A DNA stretch of 64,000 nucleotides from Candidatus Eremiobacteria bacterium (lineage in GTDB: Bacteria > Vulcanimicrobiota > Vulcanimicrobiia > Vulcanimicrobiales > Vulcanimicrobiaceae), in assembly GCA_963737065.1 (NCBI GenBank), contig CAVTRC010000001.1, positions 640,001 to 704,000 of the forward strand, in the 5' to 3' direction. The notes beneath the pieces were generated by a model. It was not told where the DNA came from, did no database searches, and saw only the letters and a program-made list of their open reading frames with translations. The position numbers and the translations under genes were made by a program. Shown here piece by piece: positions 29,059 to 39,180 of the stretch (the stretch's first letter is position 1; every line of letters starts with the position of its first letter).

Positions 29059-30486
29059 CTACTTCGGGTACGTCATCTCTTTGGGCACGACGTACGTATC
29101 GAATTCGTCCGGCGTTACATGGCCGAGTGCGAGCGCCGCGTCTTTCAGCGTCGTTCCTTCGTGATGCGCCTTCTTCGCGATCTCGGCGGCTTTGTCGTAC
29201 CCGATCTTCGGCGAGAGCGCGGTGACCGTCATCAACGATTCACCGAGATACTTCTTGATCACGCGTTCATTTGCTTGAAGTCCCTCGACCGCGTGCTCGC
29301 GGAACATCGTGCACGTGTCGCGCAGCAAGTGACAGCTGTGAAGGAAGTTCGCAATCATCACCGGGTTGAACACGTTGAGCTCGAAGTTGCCCTGAGACGC
29401 GCCGAAACTGATCGCGGTATCGTTGCCGTAGACCTGCGCGACCACCATCGTCATCGCTTCCGATTGTGTGGGGTTGACTTTGCCGGGCATGATCGAGCTG
29501 CCCGGCTCGTTCTCCGGCAGAATCAGTTCGCCGATACCGGCGCGCGGGCCCGATGAGAGCCACCGGATGTCGTTCGCAATCTTCATCAGCGCAGCGGCAA
29601 GCGTCTTGAGCGCGCCCGACGCAAAAACGAAGTCATCGTGCGAGGCAAGAGCGGTGAATTTATTCGGATGCGAGCGGAACGGAAGGGCGGTCAATTCGGC
29701 GATCTTACGCGCCATGCGCTCCGCGAACTCCGGATGCGCGTTGAGGCCCGTACCGACGGCGGTGCCGCCGATCGCGAGATCGTAGAGGTGATTGTTCGCT
29801 TCATTGATCGCGACGATCGCGCGGTCGAGTTGCGTGACGTAGCCTGAGAACTCTTGACCGAGCGTCAGCGGGGTCGCATCCTGCAAGTGCGTGCGGCCGA
29901 CCTTCACGAGCTCTTTCCACTGCTCGGCTTTTTGCTCCAGCGCATCGCGCAATTTCACGACCGCGGGCAGCATCTGCACGACCGCTTCCGCAGCGGCCAT
30001 GTGCATCGCCGTCGGAAACGTATCGTTCGACGACTGGGACATGTTGACGTGGTCGTTCGGATGGACCGGTTTCTTCGAACCCATCTCGCCGCCGCCGATC
30101 TCGATCGCGCGGTTCGAGATGACTTCGTTGACGTTCATATTGGTTTGCGTGCCCGAACCGGTCTGCCAAATGCGAAGCGGGAAATGCGCGTCGAGTTTTC
30201 CGGCAATGACTTCATCGGCCGCCGCAACGATGAGCTTCGTCTTTTCGTCGTCGAGTTTTCCGAGATCGTGATTGACGAGTGCCGCAGCTTTTTTCAGCTG
30301 CGCCATTGCAACGATCACTTGCTTCGGCATCACGTCGCGCGGCCAGCTCCCGTCGCCGATGTCGAAATGGATGAGCGAGCGCGCCGACTGCGCGCCGTAA
30401 TACTTGTCTGAAGGAACGTCGATTTTGCCCATCGAGTCGCTCTCGACGCGCTTCTTTACGTGTCCGTTCGTTTCACTCGTCGTCAT
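29059..30486 (-). CDS. fumC: Class II fumarate hydratase
   Basis: [51 protein letters not shown]. Confidence 0.98.
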   Translation of the reverse strand: MTTSETNGHVKKRVESDSMGKIDVPSDKYYGAQSARSLIHFDIGDGSWPRDVMPKQVIVAMAQLKKAAALVNHDLGKLDDEKTKLIVAAADEVIAGKLDAHFPLRIWQTGSGTQTNMNVNEVISNRAIEIGGGEMGSKKPVHPNDHVNMSQSSNDTFPTAMHMAAAEAVVQMLPAVVKLRDALEQKAEQWKELVKVGRTHLQDATPLTLGQEFSGYVTQLDRAIVAINEANNHLYDLAIGGTAVGTGLNAHPEFAERMARKIAELTALPFRSHPNKFTALASHDDFVFASGALKTLAAALMKIANDIRWLSSGPRAGIGELILPENEPGSSIMPGKVNPTQSEAMTMVVAQVYGNDTAISFGASQGNFELNVFNPVMIANFLHSCHLLRDTCTMFREHAVEGLQANERVIKKYLGESLMTVTALSPKIGYDKAAEIAKKAHHEGTTLKDAALALGHVTPDEFDTYVVPKEMTYPK

Positions 30487-30596
30487 GGCCCGAATATCTT
30501 GGCCGTCATCCCGGCGCTTCCGCCTTGACTAAGGTCGCTCGACCGGCTTCTGCGGCACCTGTCGCCGAAGGAAGCACGGGAAAGGTCGGCGAGCGT

Positions 30597-31145
30597 CTAA
30601 CGGCCCCTCTGCGCCGCTTTTCGCCCGTCGACGGTCGTTCCGACGAGGTCCATCGACGTGATTTCATAGATGCTGAGCGGAAAGTTCGGATTGAACCGCC
30701 GTTTGTCGCAGCGCGGACAGCTCGCGGGCTTCCCCGGCTTCTTTCGCCGGAGCACTTCGAACGCGCAATGTTCGCAGCGTAAGACGTAACGCTTGCTCGA
30801 CTCATTGAGCGGCCGCACGTTGCCGAGATCGTGATAGATCGACGCTAGTCCGCACTCGCGCATTTTCTTCTTGAAGCGCAATCCATGACCCGTGTCGCGA
30901 AACTTCGCATAACACCATGCATGCACCATTTCATGCAGCAATGTCTCTTCCAACGCCCCGGGATATTTGTCGAAATGTTTCGGCGAAAGCTCGATGAGAA
31001 GCGGATGTCCCCTGTACGAGATGCGCCCGGCGGAGTTCGAAAACCGGGCATTGTACCGAATACGGCAGTCGGGCACTTCGCCGTTGAAATGCTCGTAATT
31101 CAAACGAGCGAACAGCAATTGAAGATCTGCTTCGGACGGCATCAC
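30597..31145 (-). CDS. SprT-like zinc metalloprotease with C-terminal Zn ribbon
   Basis: TLLHEMVH, GHG..FK, CEHC...CPRC. Confidence 0.88.
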   Translation of the reverse strand: MMPSEADLQLLFARLNYEHFNGEVPDCRIRYNARFSNSAGRISYRGHPLLIELSPKHFDKYPGALEETLLHEMVHAWCYAKFRDTGHGLRFKKKMRECGLASIYHDLGNVRPLNESSKRYVLRCEHCAFEVLRRKKPGKPASCPRCDKRRFNPNFPLSIYEITSMDLVGTTVDGRKAAQRGR

Positions 31146-31182
31146 GGATGACTTTCTTCAACGTGCGTCCAAACGATTCTTC

Positions 31183-31608
31183 GTGCCAGATCAATCCGGA
31201 CGCGGCCTTCCGCCGCGGATCTACGTTCCGATCGTCGCAGTCCTCGCCATCGCTTTCCTCGGCGTAATGTTTTACCTCGTCGCGGTCGGTTTCGGTGTAA
31301 CGGGTTCAGTCTTCGGCAACGCAGCGCCGAATGGAACGCAAGCTCAGGCGCCGTCTTCGGGAACGAACGTGCAAGGTGGTGGACCGCCGCCCGCGGTGAT
31401 GCTACAGGTCCAGACGCTCAAAGCACGCGTCGCCGCACATCCAAAAGACGACGTCGCGTTGACGCAGCTCGGCGATCTCTATCTCGCGGCGAACAAGTTC
31501 CAACAAGCGATTCCGCTCTACCGGCGTGCGCTCGATGCGAACCCGCGAAACGTTGCCGCGCAGACCGGGCTCGCGCAAGCGCAAGAGGACCTTCGTCAAT
31601 CGCAATGA
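31183..31608 (+). CDS. Membrane-anchored tetratricopeptide repeat protein
   Basis: N-terminal TM; PKDDVALTQLGDLYL...AIPLYRRALDANP.N..A..GLA. Confidence 0.8.
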   Translation: MPDQSGRGLPPRIYVPIVAVLAIAFLGVMFYLVAVGFGVTGSVFGNAAPNGTQAQAPSSGTNVQGGGPPPAVMLQVQTLKARVAAHPKDDVALTQLGDLYLAANKFQQAIPLYRRALDANPRNVAAQTGLAQAQEDLRQSQ

Positions 31609-32435
31609 GGCTCTACATTAGCGCCGACATGGAAGGTACGGCCGGCGTCTGTTCCTGGGCGCAGGTCGATCCGTGCAACGTCCACGAGTATCCCGTGTAC
31701 CGCCGGTATATGAGCCGCGAAGTCGCCGCCGCGATCGCCGGCGCGCGCGAATCGCAGCCGTGCGACGTGACGATCAACGACTCGCACTGGGATATGCGAA
31801 ATCTCGTGTGGGACGAGTTGCCGGAGGACGTTCGCGTCATCTCCGGACGCAAACCGCTCTCGATGGCGCACGGCGCGCAAGATCGGTTTGATGCTGCATT
31901 CTTCACCGGATACCACAGCGCAGCCGGTACAGCCGGCTCCGTGCTCGCGCATACATATTCGAACGAAGTGATGTATAACGTCTACGTTAACGGAAAGGCG
32001 TGCACCGAAGCTTTGCTCAACGCCGCGCTTCTCGGCGTGCACGGCACGCCCGTAGCAATGGTCACCGGCGACCGCGCGCTCGTCGAAACGACGCTTGCCG
32101 ATCTGCCGTGGGCGACGGGCGTGATCGTGAAAGAGTCGATCGGATACTACGCCGCAAACTCGCTCACGCCGCAAGCAGCCTGCGATGCAATTCGTTCGGG
32201 TGCGCGCGAAGCGATTCAATCCGCGTCGCGCGCGAAACCATTCACGTTTGAGCCGCCGGTCGAGCTCGTGATCGAGACGGCCGGCGTCGAACACGCCGAC
32301 TTCATCGAGTTGCTTCCGCGTTTCGAACGCACCGGGGGACGCAGCGTAAGATTCGCAAGCGACGATTATGCAACGGCGTTCAACGCCTTTCTCGTTGCGA
32401 TGCGTCTCGGTGGCGCGGCCAATCTACCGGCATGA
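31605..32435 (+). CDS. M55 family D-aminopeptidase (DppA-like), paralog 1
   Basis: YISADMEG, INDSH, FFTGYH, LAHTY, E..LNA, GD. Confidence 0.92.
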   Translation: MRLYISADMEGTAGVCSWAQVDPCNVHEYPVYRRYMSREVAAAIAGARESQPCDVTINDSHWDMRNLVWDELPEDVRVISGRKPLSMAHGAQDRFDAAFFTGYHSAAGTAGSVLAHTYSNEVMYNVYVNGKACTEALLNAALLGVHGTPVAMVTGDRALVETTLADLPWATGVIVKESIGYYAANSLTPQAACDAIRSGAREAIQSASRAKPFTFEPPVELVIETAGVEHADFIELLPRFERTGGRSVRFASDDYATAFNAFLVAMRLGGAANLPA

Positions 32436-33256
32436 AACTGTACATTTCGAGCGACATGGAAGGCGTTGCGGGCGTAACCGCGTGGCAGCAAGTCGATGCC
32501 CGTACGCCGCACCCCGAGTATCACATGTACAAGCAGCACTACACACGCGAGGTTGCAGCGGCGGTGCGCGGCGCGCAACGCAGCGGCGCGTCCGACGTGA
32601 CGATCAACGATTCGCATGGTCCGATGCGAAACTTCGTCTTCGAAGAATTGCCCCGCGACGTTCGCGTCATCTTCGGAAACCGCAAACCATACTCGATGGT
32701 GCAAGATTGCGACGGCGGATACGCAGGCGCGTTCTTCATCGGCTATCACGGCGGCATCGGTGACGCCGACGCCGTCCTCTGCCATACGTACACGCCGTCG
32801 GTCATCTACGAGACGCGGCTCAATGGCATGATATGCAGTGAAGCAACGCTGAACGCGGCGGTCCTCGGGTATCACGGCGTCCCGTTGCTCTACGTCACGG
32901 GCGACCGCACGACCGTTGACGGCGTGCAACGGCAGATGCCCTGGGTGCGCGGCACGATCGTGAAAGAGTCCATCGGCAACTTTGGCGCGAATACGATGTC
33001 GCCCGCTGCAGCCCAGCGTGCGATCGAAGAGGCCGCGGCTGCGGCCTTTGCCGCACGCGCCGACGCCGAACCATTCATCATCGAATCGCCGATCGCGCTC
33101 GAAATTACGCTCGCAAAAGTGGAGCAGGCGGATTATGTCGCAATGATCCCCGGATTTGACCGAACCGGTCCGCGCGCGGTTCGCTTTGTCGATGAAGACA
33201 TGCTGACGATTTTCAAAGCGTTCGTCGCGGTCTTCCGGCTCGGCATGATCGCATAA
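32432..33256 (+). CDS. M55 family D-aminopeptidase (DppA-like), paralog 2
   Basis: YISSDMEG, INDSHG, FFIGYHG, LCHTY, SEATLNA. Confidence 0.92.
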   Translation: MKLYISSDMEGVAGVTAWQQVDARTPHPEYHMYKQHYTREVAAAVRGAQRSGASDVTINDSHGPMRNFVFEELPRDVRVIFGNRKPYSMVQDCDGGYAGAFFIGYHGGIGDADAVLCHTYTPSVIYETRLNGMICSEATLNAAVLGYHGVPLLYVTGDRTTVDGVQRQMPWVRGTIVKESIGNFGANTMSPAAAQRAIEEAAAAAFAARADAEPFIIESPIALEITLAKVEQADYVAMIPGFDRTGPRAVRFVDEDMLTIFKAFVAVFRLGMIA

Positions 33257-33277
33257 GCTTCGGCAAGCCGAAAAACG

Positions 33278-34678
33278 CTACGACGCGATCGGGGCGCTCG
33301 TCGAACGTAACGCGATCGCAATCTCCGCAACGTCGTCTTCCGAGATCGAAAGCTCGCGCATCGCTCGTTCGTACGCGTCGATCGTCTCTTCGCTCTTGCT
33401 GGACGCCGCCCGGTCTTCACGCAGGCGTTTGATCTCTTCCGTAACCGCGTGCGCGAGCGCCGAATCAACCTGGATGCCGGCGGCCGCGAGGTTCTCTCTG
33501 CGCTTGCGAAGCGTGTCCTCGACGAGCGCGACGCCGGAGTGTTTGCCGAAGATGAAGCTCGTCTCGCCGCCGACGAGTTCACTCGGAACGGCTTCGTAAA
33601 TGCGGCGGTCGATGAGCACACCGTGTGTGTGGATGCCTGACTCGTGCGCGAACACTTTCGCTCCGACGATCGGCTCGTGCTGCTGCATCGGGATGCCGCT
33701 CATCCGTTCCATGAACCGCGCGAGCTCGCGCAACTTTTTGTATTTGAATCCCGGGATCTCGACCCCGTAAAGCACGCGCATCGCGACCGCATATTCGTGC
33801 AGTTTTACGTTGCCCGCGCGTTCGCCGTACCCGTTTGCGGTCACCGAAACCACGTTGAATCCGCACGATGTCGCGGTAATCGCATTGATCGTGCCCAATC
33901 CGTAATCGTTGTGCAGGTGCGCGACAACCGGAATCCCTTTCGGTAAGCCGCCGATGATTCGCGTGCCGTACCAGCGCATCGCTTCGGGCGTCAGACACCC
34001 GACCGTATCCGGCCATGCCGGCCGCGAACCGCCGGCCTCGATCCCGGCTTTGAAGTATTCGATGAAGTAATCGACATCGCCCCGGCTGCCGTCTTCGGCA
34101 CCGAATTCGATGCGCTCGACGCCGCATTCGCGCGCGTGTTTGATTGCGTCGCACTGCAGCCGAATGTTCGCGTTGCGGTAAAATTCCAGCGGAAGCTCGA
34201 GCCACTCCGACTCGTCGCGCCCTTCGAAGCGCAAGAGTGTCTTCCCGATCTTGTACTTCAAGTGCAAATCGCTGCCGCTCGTGAAAATAAAGAACGTCAC
34301 CGCGGACGGATCGACCCCGGCTTCACGTAATGTCGCGACGGTAACGTCGATGTCTTTGCGGTTGCTGCGGCACATCACGACGATCTCGGTATCACCGATT
34401 TCTCCGCGGCGCTTTGCGTCCATCACGAGTTGCAGCGTGCGCCGGTCGCCTTCCGATGCTGCGGGAAATCCGATGCTCATGATATGGACGCCTACGTCAG
34501 CGAGCGCCTTCGCGATCTCGAGCTTCTGTTGCGGCGTGTAACAGACGCCCGGCATTTGCTCGCCGTCGCGCAGCGTCTCGTCGTAGATCCGCAGTTCCGA
34601 AGGATCGGGAAACGCGACATTGCGCGTGAATTCCTTGGGATCGCGAATCAGCCGTTCGATCGGCTCGCGCAGTTCCAT
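33278..34678 (-). CDS. DRE-TIM acetyl-CoA condensing enzyme (isopropylmalate/homocitrate/citramalate synthase family)
   Basis: DETLRDGEQ, PDTVG, HLHNDYGLG, GYGERAGN, HESGIH, GKHSG; AGGAG RBS before ATG 34678. Confidence 0.88.
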   Translation of the reverse strand: MELREPIERLIRDPKEFTRNVAFPDPSELRIYDETLRDGEQMPGVCYTPQQKLEIAKALADVGVHIMSIGFPAASEGDRRTLQLVMDAKRRGEIGDTEIVVMCRSNRKDIDVTVATLREAGVDPSAVTFFIFTSGSDLHLKYKIGKTLLRFEGRDESEWLELPLEFYRNANIRLQCDAIKHARECGVERIEFGAEDGSRGDVDYFIEYFKAGIEAGGSRPAWPDTVGCLTPEAMRWYGTRIIGGLPKGIPVVAHLHNDYGLGTINAITATSCGFNVVSVTANGYGERAGNVKLHEYAVAMRVLYGVEIPGFKYKKLRELARFMERMSGIPMQQHEPIVGAKVFAHESGIHTHGVLIDRRIYEAVPSELVGGETSFIFGKHSGVALVEDTLRKRRENLAAAGIQVDSALAHAVTEEIKRLREDRAASSKSEETIDAYERAMRELSISEDDVAEIAIALRSTSAPIAS

Positions 34679-34840
34679 AATGCTGGCTCCTATAATCGCT
34701 GACTGGAATGGATATTCCGCGTGCGGACGCGCGATTCCGCGATATTGGCCGCGACGGCGGATTCCACAGCCCGATGCAAGCAGCGGAGGAACCAAGCCGC
34801 GCGGGAGGACGCGTCGAGCCGTCGACGTGAAGAGCCCAAT

Positions 34841-35647
34841 GTGATCCAAGAACCCGATCCGGCCGAACCGGAAAAGAAACCGGTGGACGATCCCGCGCAG
34901 AAGACCACGCGCCGTGGCGGAATCGGCGCGCTCGTTGCAGCGATCGCCGTCGCCGCGACCAAGTTCGCGCTCGTCCTCAAACTGTTGCTGCCGAGTTGGA
35001 CGTTTTTGCTCTCGCTCGTTTTCTACGTGGCGTTTTTCGGGTGGCGCCTCGGGATTGTGATTCTGCTTGCGCTCGCCGCGCACGAGCTGGGTCACTACTT
35101 TGCGTATCGCGCGTACGGACTTGCGGCGCGTCTGCCGGTGTTCGTTCCACTGTTGGGCGCGTACACGCGCGGTGCGCTTGCGCCGAATCTGGAAGACGAC
35201 GCATACATCGCCCTGGCCGGACCGCTGACGGGCCTCGCGCTTGCGGCCGCGTGCTACGGCGTCGGCGTCGCGACGGGCGACCGCTTTTGGATTGCGTGCG
35301 CCGAGGTGTCGGCGTTTTTGAATCTCTTCAATATGATTCCGGTGCTGCCGTTCGACGGCGGTCGCGTCATCGGCGCTGTCTGGCCTCCGTTATGGGTTGT
35401 CGGCGTCATCGTTTTTCTCGCGGCCGCGGTATGGCTTCACGTACCGATCGTGCTCGTCGTTCTCATCGCGCTGCTCGGCGTACCGGCAATGTTTGCGTCG
35501 TTCCGCGGAACGCCGGATCCTCGCGCCGCCGCGATGACGAACGCCGCGCGTGCACGCGTCGGATTCTGGTACGTGGCGACATCGCTCGCGCTCATCGTGC
35601 TCGTCGGCCAAGCGCATACCGTACTTCCGTCGAATACCGGAGTATGA
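34841..35647 (+). CDS. Site-2 protease (M50) family membrane metalloprotease; start uncertain (34721-34841)
   Basis: HELGH, ALAGP, NLFNMIPVLPFDGGR. Confidence 0.9.
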   Translation: MIQEPDPAEPEKKPVDDPAQKTTRRGGIGALVAAIAVAATKFALVLKLLLPSWTFLLSLVFYVAFFGWRLGIVILLALAAHELGHYFAYRAYGLAARLPVFVPLLGAYTRGALAPNLEDDAYIALAGPLTGLALAAACYGVGVATGDRFWIACAEVSAFLNLFNMIPVLPFDGGRVIGAVWPPLWVVGVIVFLAAAVWLHVPIVLVVLIALLGVPAMFASFRGTPDPRAAAMTNAARARVGFWYVATSLALIVLVGQAHTVLPSNTGV

Positions 35648-36213
35648 ACGAAGGCTCGACCCCCGATTTCGCGATGCAGCGGGCCGTCGAAATTCTTGCG
35701 AACATCTACGAGCGCGGGCAAAAGCAGAACGACGTTCCACCGCCGCCCGCCGACAAACCGATCGTCCTCTTCAGCGAAACGATCGCGCTCGACGTCGCGC
35801 GCACGCAACGCCCCGACGTCGAACGCGCGCTCGGCAGTGCATTCGCGTATCCCGCGCGCGGCTGGCACACATACTGCGTTCGCGGCCCGGACGGCGCACG
35901 GCTCTTCGCAAGCCTCTTTTACAGTGAGAGCACGCTGATTGCAGCCGAATTATACGTCCCGAAGGTCGATCGTGCACCGAAGCTCGCGCCGCGCGATGTA
36001 ACGTTTCGTTTCGTTCCCGGCGAAATCACCGTGGGAAAACCCATTACGACGCTCCCAAAACACTTCGCACGGATCTCCGCGCTCGCAGAGAAGTTCGGCG
36101 CCTACGCCGAGATGTTCGGCGCACGTTTTCCCGGCGGCTCCGCATATGCAATGGGCAACGGCGGCACGATCGAGCGATTGGCGATCTACGCGCTGCGCGC
36201 TAGCGAACCTTAG
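35644..36213 (+). CDS. Hypothetical protein
   Basis: ATGA overlap with the upstream gene, abuts the downstream gene; no motif recognised. Confidence 0.65.
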   Translation: MNEGSTPDFAMQRAVEILANIYERGQKQNDVPPPPADKPIVLFSETIALDVARTQRPDVERALGSAFAYPARGWHTYCVRGPDGARLFASLFYSESTLIAAELYVPKVDRAPKLAPRDVTFRFVPGEITVGKPITTLPKHFARISALAEKFGAYAEMFGARFPGGSAYAMGNGGTIERLAIYALRASEP

Positions 36214-37608
36214 GTGCAGCGCCGACGCGTTTGCGCCATCGTCGCGGCGGTCCTGGTTGCGATTGCGCTTCTTGTGACGCGGCCGCCGGGCGAACCCGGC
36301 GTAACGTTGCGCGACTTCGAAGCGTACTACACCGCGGGAGCGACGTGGGCCGCACACGGCGATCCGTATTCGCTTGCGATCTGGAGTGCGCAGTCGCACA
36401 TTCCGGGCGTGATTGCAGCACGATACGAAGTGCTCCCGTTCGTCGGTGTGCCGGCGACGTTGCCGCTCTGGTCGCTCTTCGCGCGGCTCCCGTACCAATC
36501 GGCGACGGTCGTGTGGAGCGTGGTGCTGGGCTGCGCGCTTGCAACATTCGTCATCGGGACGGCACGGCTCGTACGCCTCTCGCCGATGCAGACGACACTG
36601 GCGGCGATCGCGGCGCTGGCATTCGTGCCGATCACGAGCAACTTCGGTCTCGGGCAAGCCGCACTGCCTGCCTATGCGTGTGCCGTTATTGCGCTCGTGA
36701 CGCGGCCGGTCGTTGCATCGCTCGCCGTTGCGCTGAGCGCGATCCAACCGAATGTAGCGCTTGGCCTCGCGGCAATGGCGAGATCCAAACGCGCGGCCCG
36801 CGCGCTTGCGGCCGGTCTGATAATCGCGTACGGCGCGGGCGCATTCGCAGACGGTGCCGCCTGGCCTGCGCGATATCTCGCAACGCTCGCCGCGCATGGC
36901 GCAGCCGAACGGTTCGCTTCGATTCAGTACACGCCCGCCGCCGTACTCTATGGGTTCGGCGTGCCGCACGCGGCCGCGCAAGCGCTCGCGATCCTCGTCG
37001 GCGTCGCCGCATTCATCTTCGCGATCCGCGGCGCGCTCACCGCACGCAACGTCGCGCACCGCTTCGCGATTCTCTGCTGTGCGATTCCCTTCGTCGCGGG
37101 GTTCTTTCACGAGCATGATTTCGTTGCGCTCTTCGTCCCGGCGATCGTTGCGCTCACATATGCGCGGAATTCAATACTTGCCGTCGTCGCAACGGTGTGC
37201 GTCGGAGTGAATTGGCTTGACTTCGCGCAGCAACCGCAAGCACTGCCGCAGGACATCGTTCTCGCCGCCGGTCTCTTCGTTGCCGCGATCGGATTCGGGC
37301 GTTCCCGCGTCTCGCTCTTGGTCGCGATCCCGGTGACCGGCGCGATTGTGCTCGGCGCCTGGATCGGCCACGCGCATCCGCTTGCGATTTGGCCGAACGA
37401 TATGCAGGGCGCCGCGCATGGCGCGACTGTTGCGGACGTCTGGAAAAACGAACAGCTGAAGACCGGCCTTTTGCGCCCCGATGCTGCAGCCGCTGCGCTT
37501 CGAAGCTTCGCGCTGCTCGGCAGTGCGCTACTCTTTTATCTGGTCTTAAATGTCGACGTCCATCATATTGTCGAACGGCGTGACACCGTTGGGACGGAAG
37601 TCCCGTAG
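36214..37608 (+). CDS. Polytopic GT-C glycosyltransferase (GT87/DUF2029-like)
   Basis: RDFEAYY after the first TM, DPY, LGQ, HEHD, many TM helices. Confidence 0.65.
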   Translation: MQRRRVCAIVAAVLVAIALLVTRPPGEPGVTLRDFEAYYTAGATWAAHGDPYSLAIWSAQSHIPGVIAARYEVLPFVGVPATLPLWSLFARLPYQSATVVWSVVLGCALATFVIGTARLVRLSPMQTTLAAIAALAFVPITSNFGLGQAALPAYACAVIALVTRPVVASLAVALSAIQPNVALGLAAMARSKRAARALAAGLIIAYGAGAFADGAAWPARYLATLAAHGAAERFASIQYTPAAVLYGFGVPHAAAQALAILVGVAAFIFAIRGALTARNVAHRFAILCCAIPFVAGFFHEHDFVALFVPAIVALTYARNSILAVVATVCVGVNWLDFAQQPQALPQDIVLAAGLFVAAIGFGRSRVSLLVAIPVTGAIVLGAWIGHAHPLAIWPNDMQGAAHGATVADVWKNEQLKTGLLRPDAAAAALRSFALLGSALLFYLVLNVDVHHIVERRDTVGTEVP

Positions 37609-39180
37609 GTCCTTGTTGTACACGTAGATATCTTCGCGTTCACTTGTAACGATCACTGGAACATCTCGCACGAACTCACGCACGAAAGCCCGCACGTCGG
37701 CGTTTCGCTGTGTTTGTTCGTAGTGTCGATAGAGCGAATCCATCGCCGCTTGCGCCTTCTCGTTACACCACCGCGGATCGTTTTGTCCGTTTGGAGGGAA
37801 CGCGTTGCAGCCGTAGATTTGTGAGAAATCGCCGATCGCTTCGTTCTGCCATGCGAAGAAAATGATATCCCACTTGTTACTGTATACGATGCCACCCTGC
37901 TGAAGTGGAGCAAACATCAGCGCAATCGGATAATGGCGGACGCTTATCCCGACGCCGAGTTTCTGCCAGTTTGCGCGGATCAACTCGATCATGTTGTCGG
38001 TATCCGCCGATCCGGTATTCGTGGCTACGTCGAGGACGAGACGGACGCCGTTCTTCGCGCGAATGCCGTCAGCACCGCGAACCCAACCGCCCTTATCGAG
38101 AAGATCGTTCGCCTTTGCGAGATCGAATGGCGTAATTGAAACGCCCGACACATAGTACGGCGCAGTCACCGGTGTGGGAACATCGGAAAGGATGCCGACA
38201 TCGTGGCCGATCTTATGCCGCAGTTCGGCTCGATCGATACCGTACCGCAACGCCTGCCGCACCACCTCATCTTTTAGAGCCGGCCGCAACAGGTTGAAAT
38301 CGAGGTGATTCCAGTAATAGCTGGGCTGCCGCAAGGTCGCGACGCCGGGGAGGCCCTGCACGCGAGAGAGATAGCTTCCCGGCACAAGATGCCACATATC
38401 GACATCATGCGTTTGTAATTCCGATACCATCGTGTTGCGATCCGGGATGATCTTGAAAACGACCTTTTGGAGCTTCGGCCGTCCGCGCCAGTAGAGCGCG
38501 TTCGCGACGAGGATCACATCTTGCGTACGATCCCAGCGGTCCACTTTAAAAGGACCAATTCCAACCGGCTTCTGATTGTACGGAATGTTGTTGATGTTGG
38601 GATACTGCGCGAGCAGATGCTTGGGGAGAATGCACGGATTCGCGCCCGCCGTTGAAAAGAACGTCTCGACGAACGGCGAGTACGGTTTCTTTAAATGATA
38701 GACAACCGTATATTTGTCGGGCTCGTCAATCTTCGCGATTTGGTCCCAGCCTTGACGACCCACTTCATTGTTCGCCGGGTTCAGCACGACTTTTGTAGAG
38801 AAAACGACGTCATCGGCATCAAACGGCACGCCATCCGCCCATTTAACGCCCTTACGCAGATGGTACGTGATCGTCAAACCATCTTTGCTCACGCCACCGT
38901 TGGCCTGAGTGGGGACTTCCGTCGCGAGTTCAGGTATCGGATTGTTGTGCTCGTCCCATTTGACGAGCCACGCCATCGTCATCTGCGCGATGAATCCGAC
39001 GTCGGCATATTGCCCAAGATGCGGATTCAATGTGTTGATGTCGCCGGCGTCGGCGAACGTCAGCACGTGAGGCTTCGTCCACGAATTTACCCGGCCGCCG
39101 GATTCGCCCGTCTGCGATACTTTCGCGCAGCCGGATACGAGAAGAGCGAGCGCGAGAGACGCGCCTACGACGCGTTTCAA
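37546..39180 (-). CDS. Family 5 peptide/nickel ABC substrate-binding lipoprotein
   Basis: Lipobox LVSGC, TLNP, LRKGVKWADG..FDADDV.F, PVGIGPFK, VRQAL..GIDR; TTG overlaps the upstream TGA. Confidence 0.92.
   Translation of the reverse strand: MKRVVGASLALALLVSGCAKVSQTGESGGRVNSWTKPHVLTFADAGDINTLNPHLGQYADVGFIAQMTMAWLVKWDEHNNPIPELATEVPTQANGGVSKDGLTITYHLRKGVKWADGVPFDADDVVFSTKVVLNPANNEVGRQGWDQIAKIDEPDKYTVVYHLKKPYSPFVETFFSTAGANPCILPKHLLAQYPNINNIPYNQKPVGIGPFKVDRWDRTQDVILVANALYWRGRPKLQKVVFKIIPDRNTMVSELQTHDVDMWHLVPGSYLSRVQGLPGVATLRQPSYYWNHLDFNLLRPALKDEVVRQALRYGIDRAELRHKIGHDVGILSDVPTPVTAPYYVSGVSITPFDLAKANDLLDKGGWVRGADGIRAKNGVRLVLDVATNTGSADTDNMIELIRANWQKLGVGISVRHYPIALMFAPLQQGGIVYSNKWDIIFFAWQNEAIGDFSQIYGCNAFPPNGQNDPRWCNEKAQAAMDSLYRHYEQTQRNADVRAFVREFVRDVPVIVTSEREDIYVYNKDLRDFRPNGVTPFDNMMDVDI

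Noticed and set aside
30560..30580. GAAGGAAGCA resembles the SRP (4.5S) RNA helix-8 motif
   Set aside because: The preceding CAGG and a GNRA-capped stem are missing
36214..37608. Roughly 60-nt convergent 3' overlaps (also 56780-56841)
   Set aside because: Tails look like stop-codon drift in a compact GC-rich genome; no sign of function
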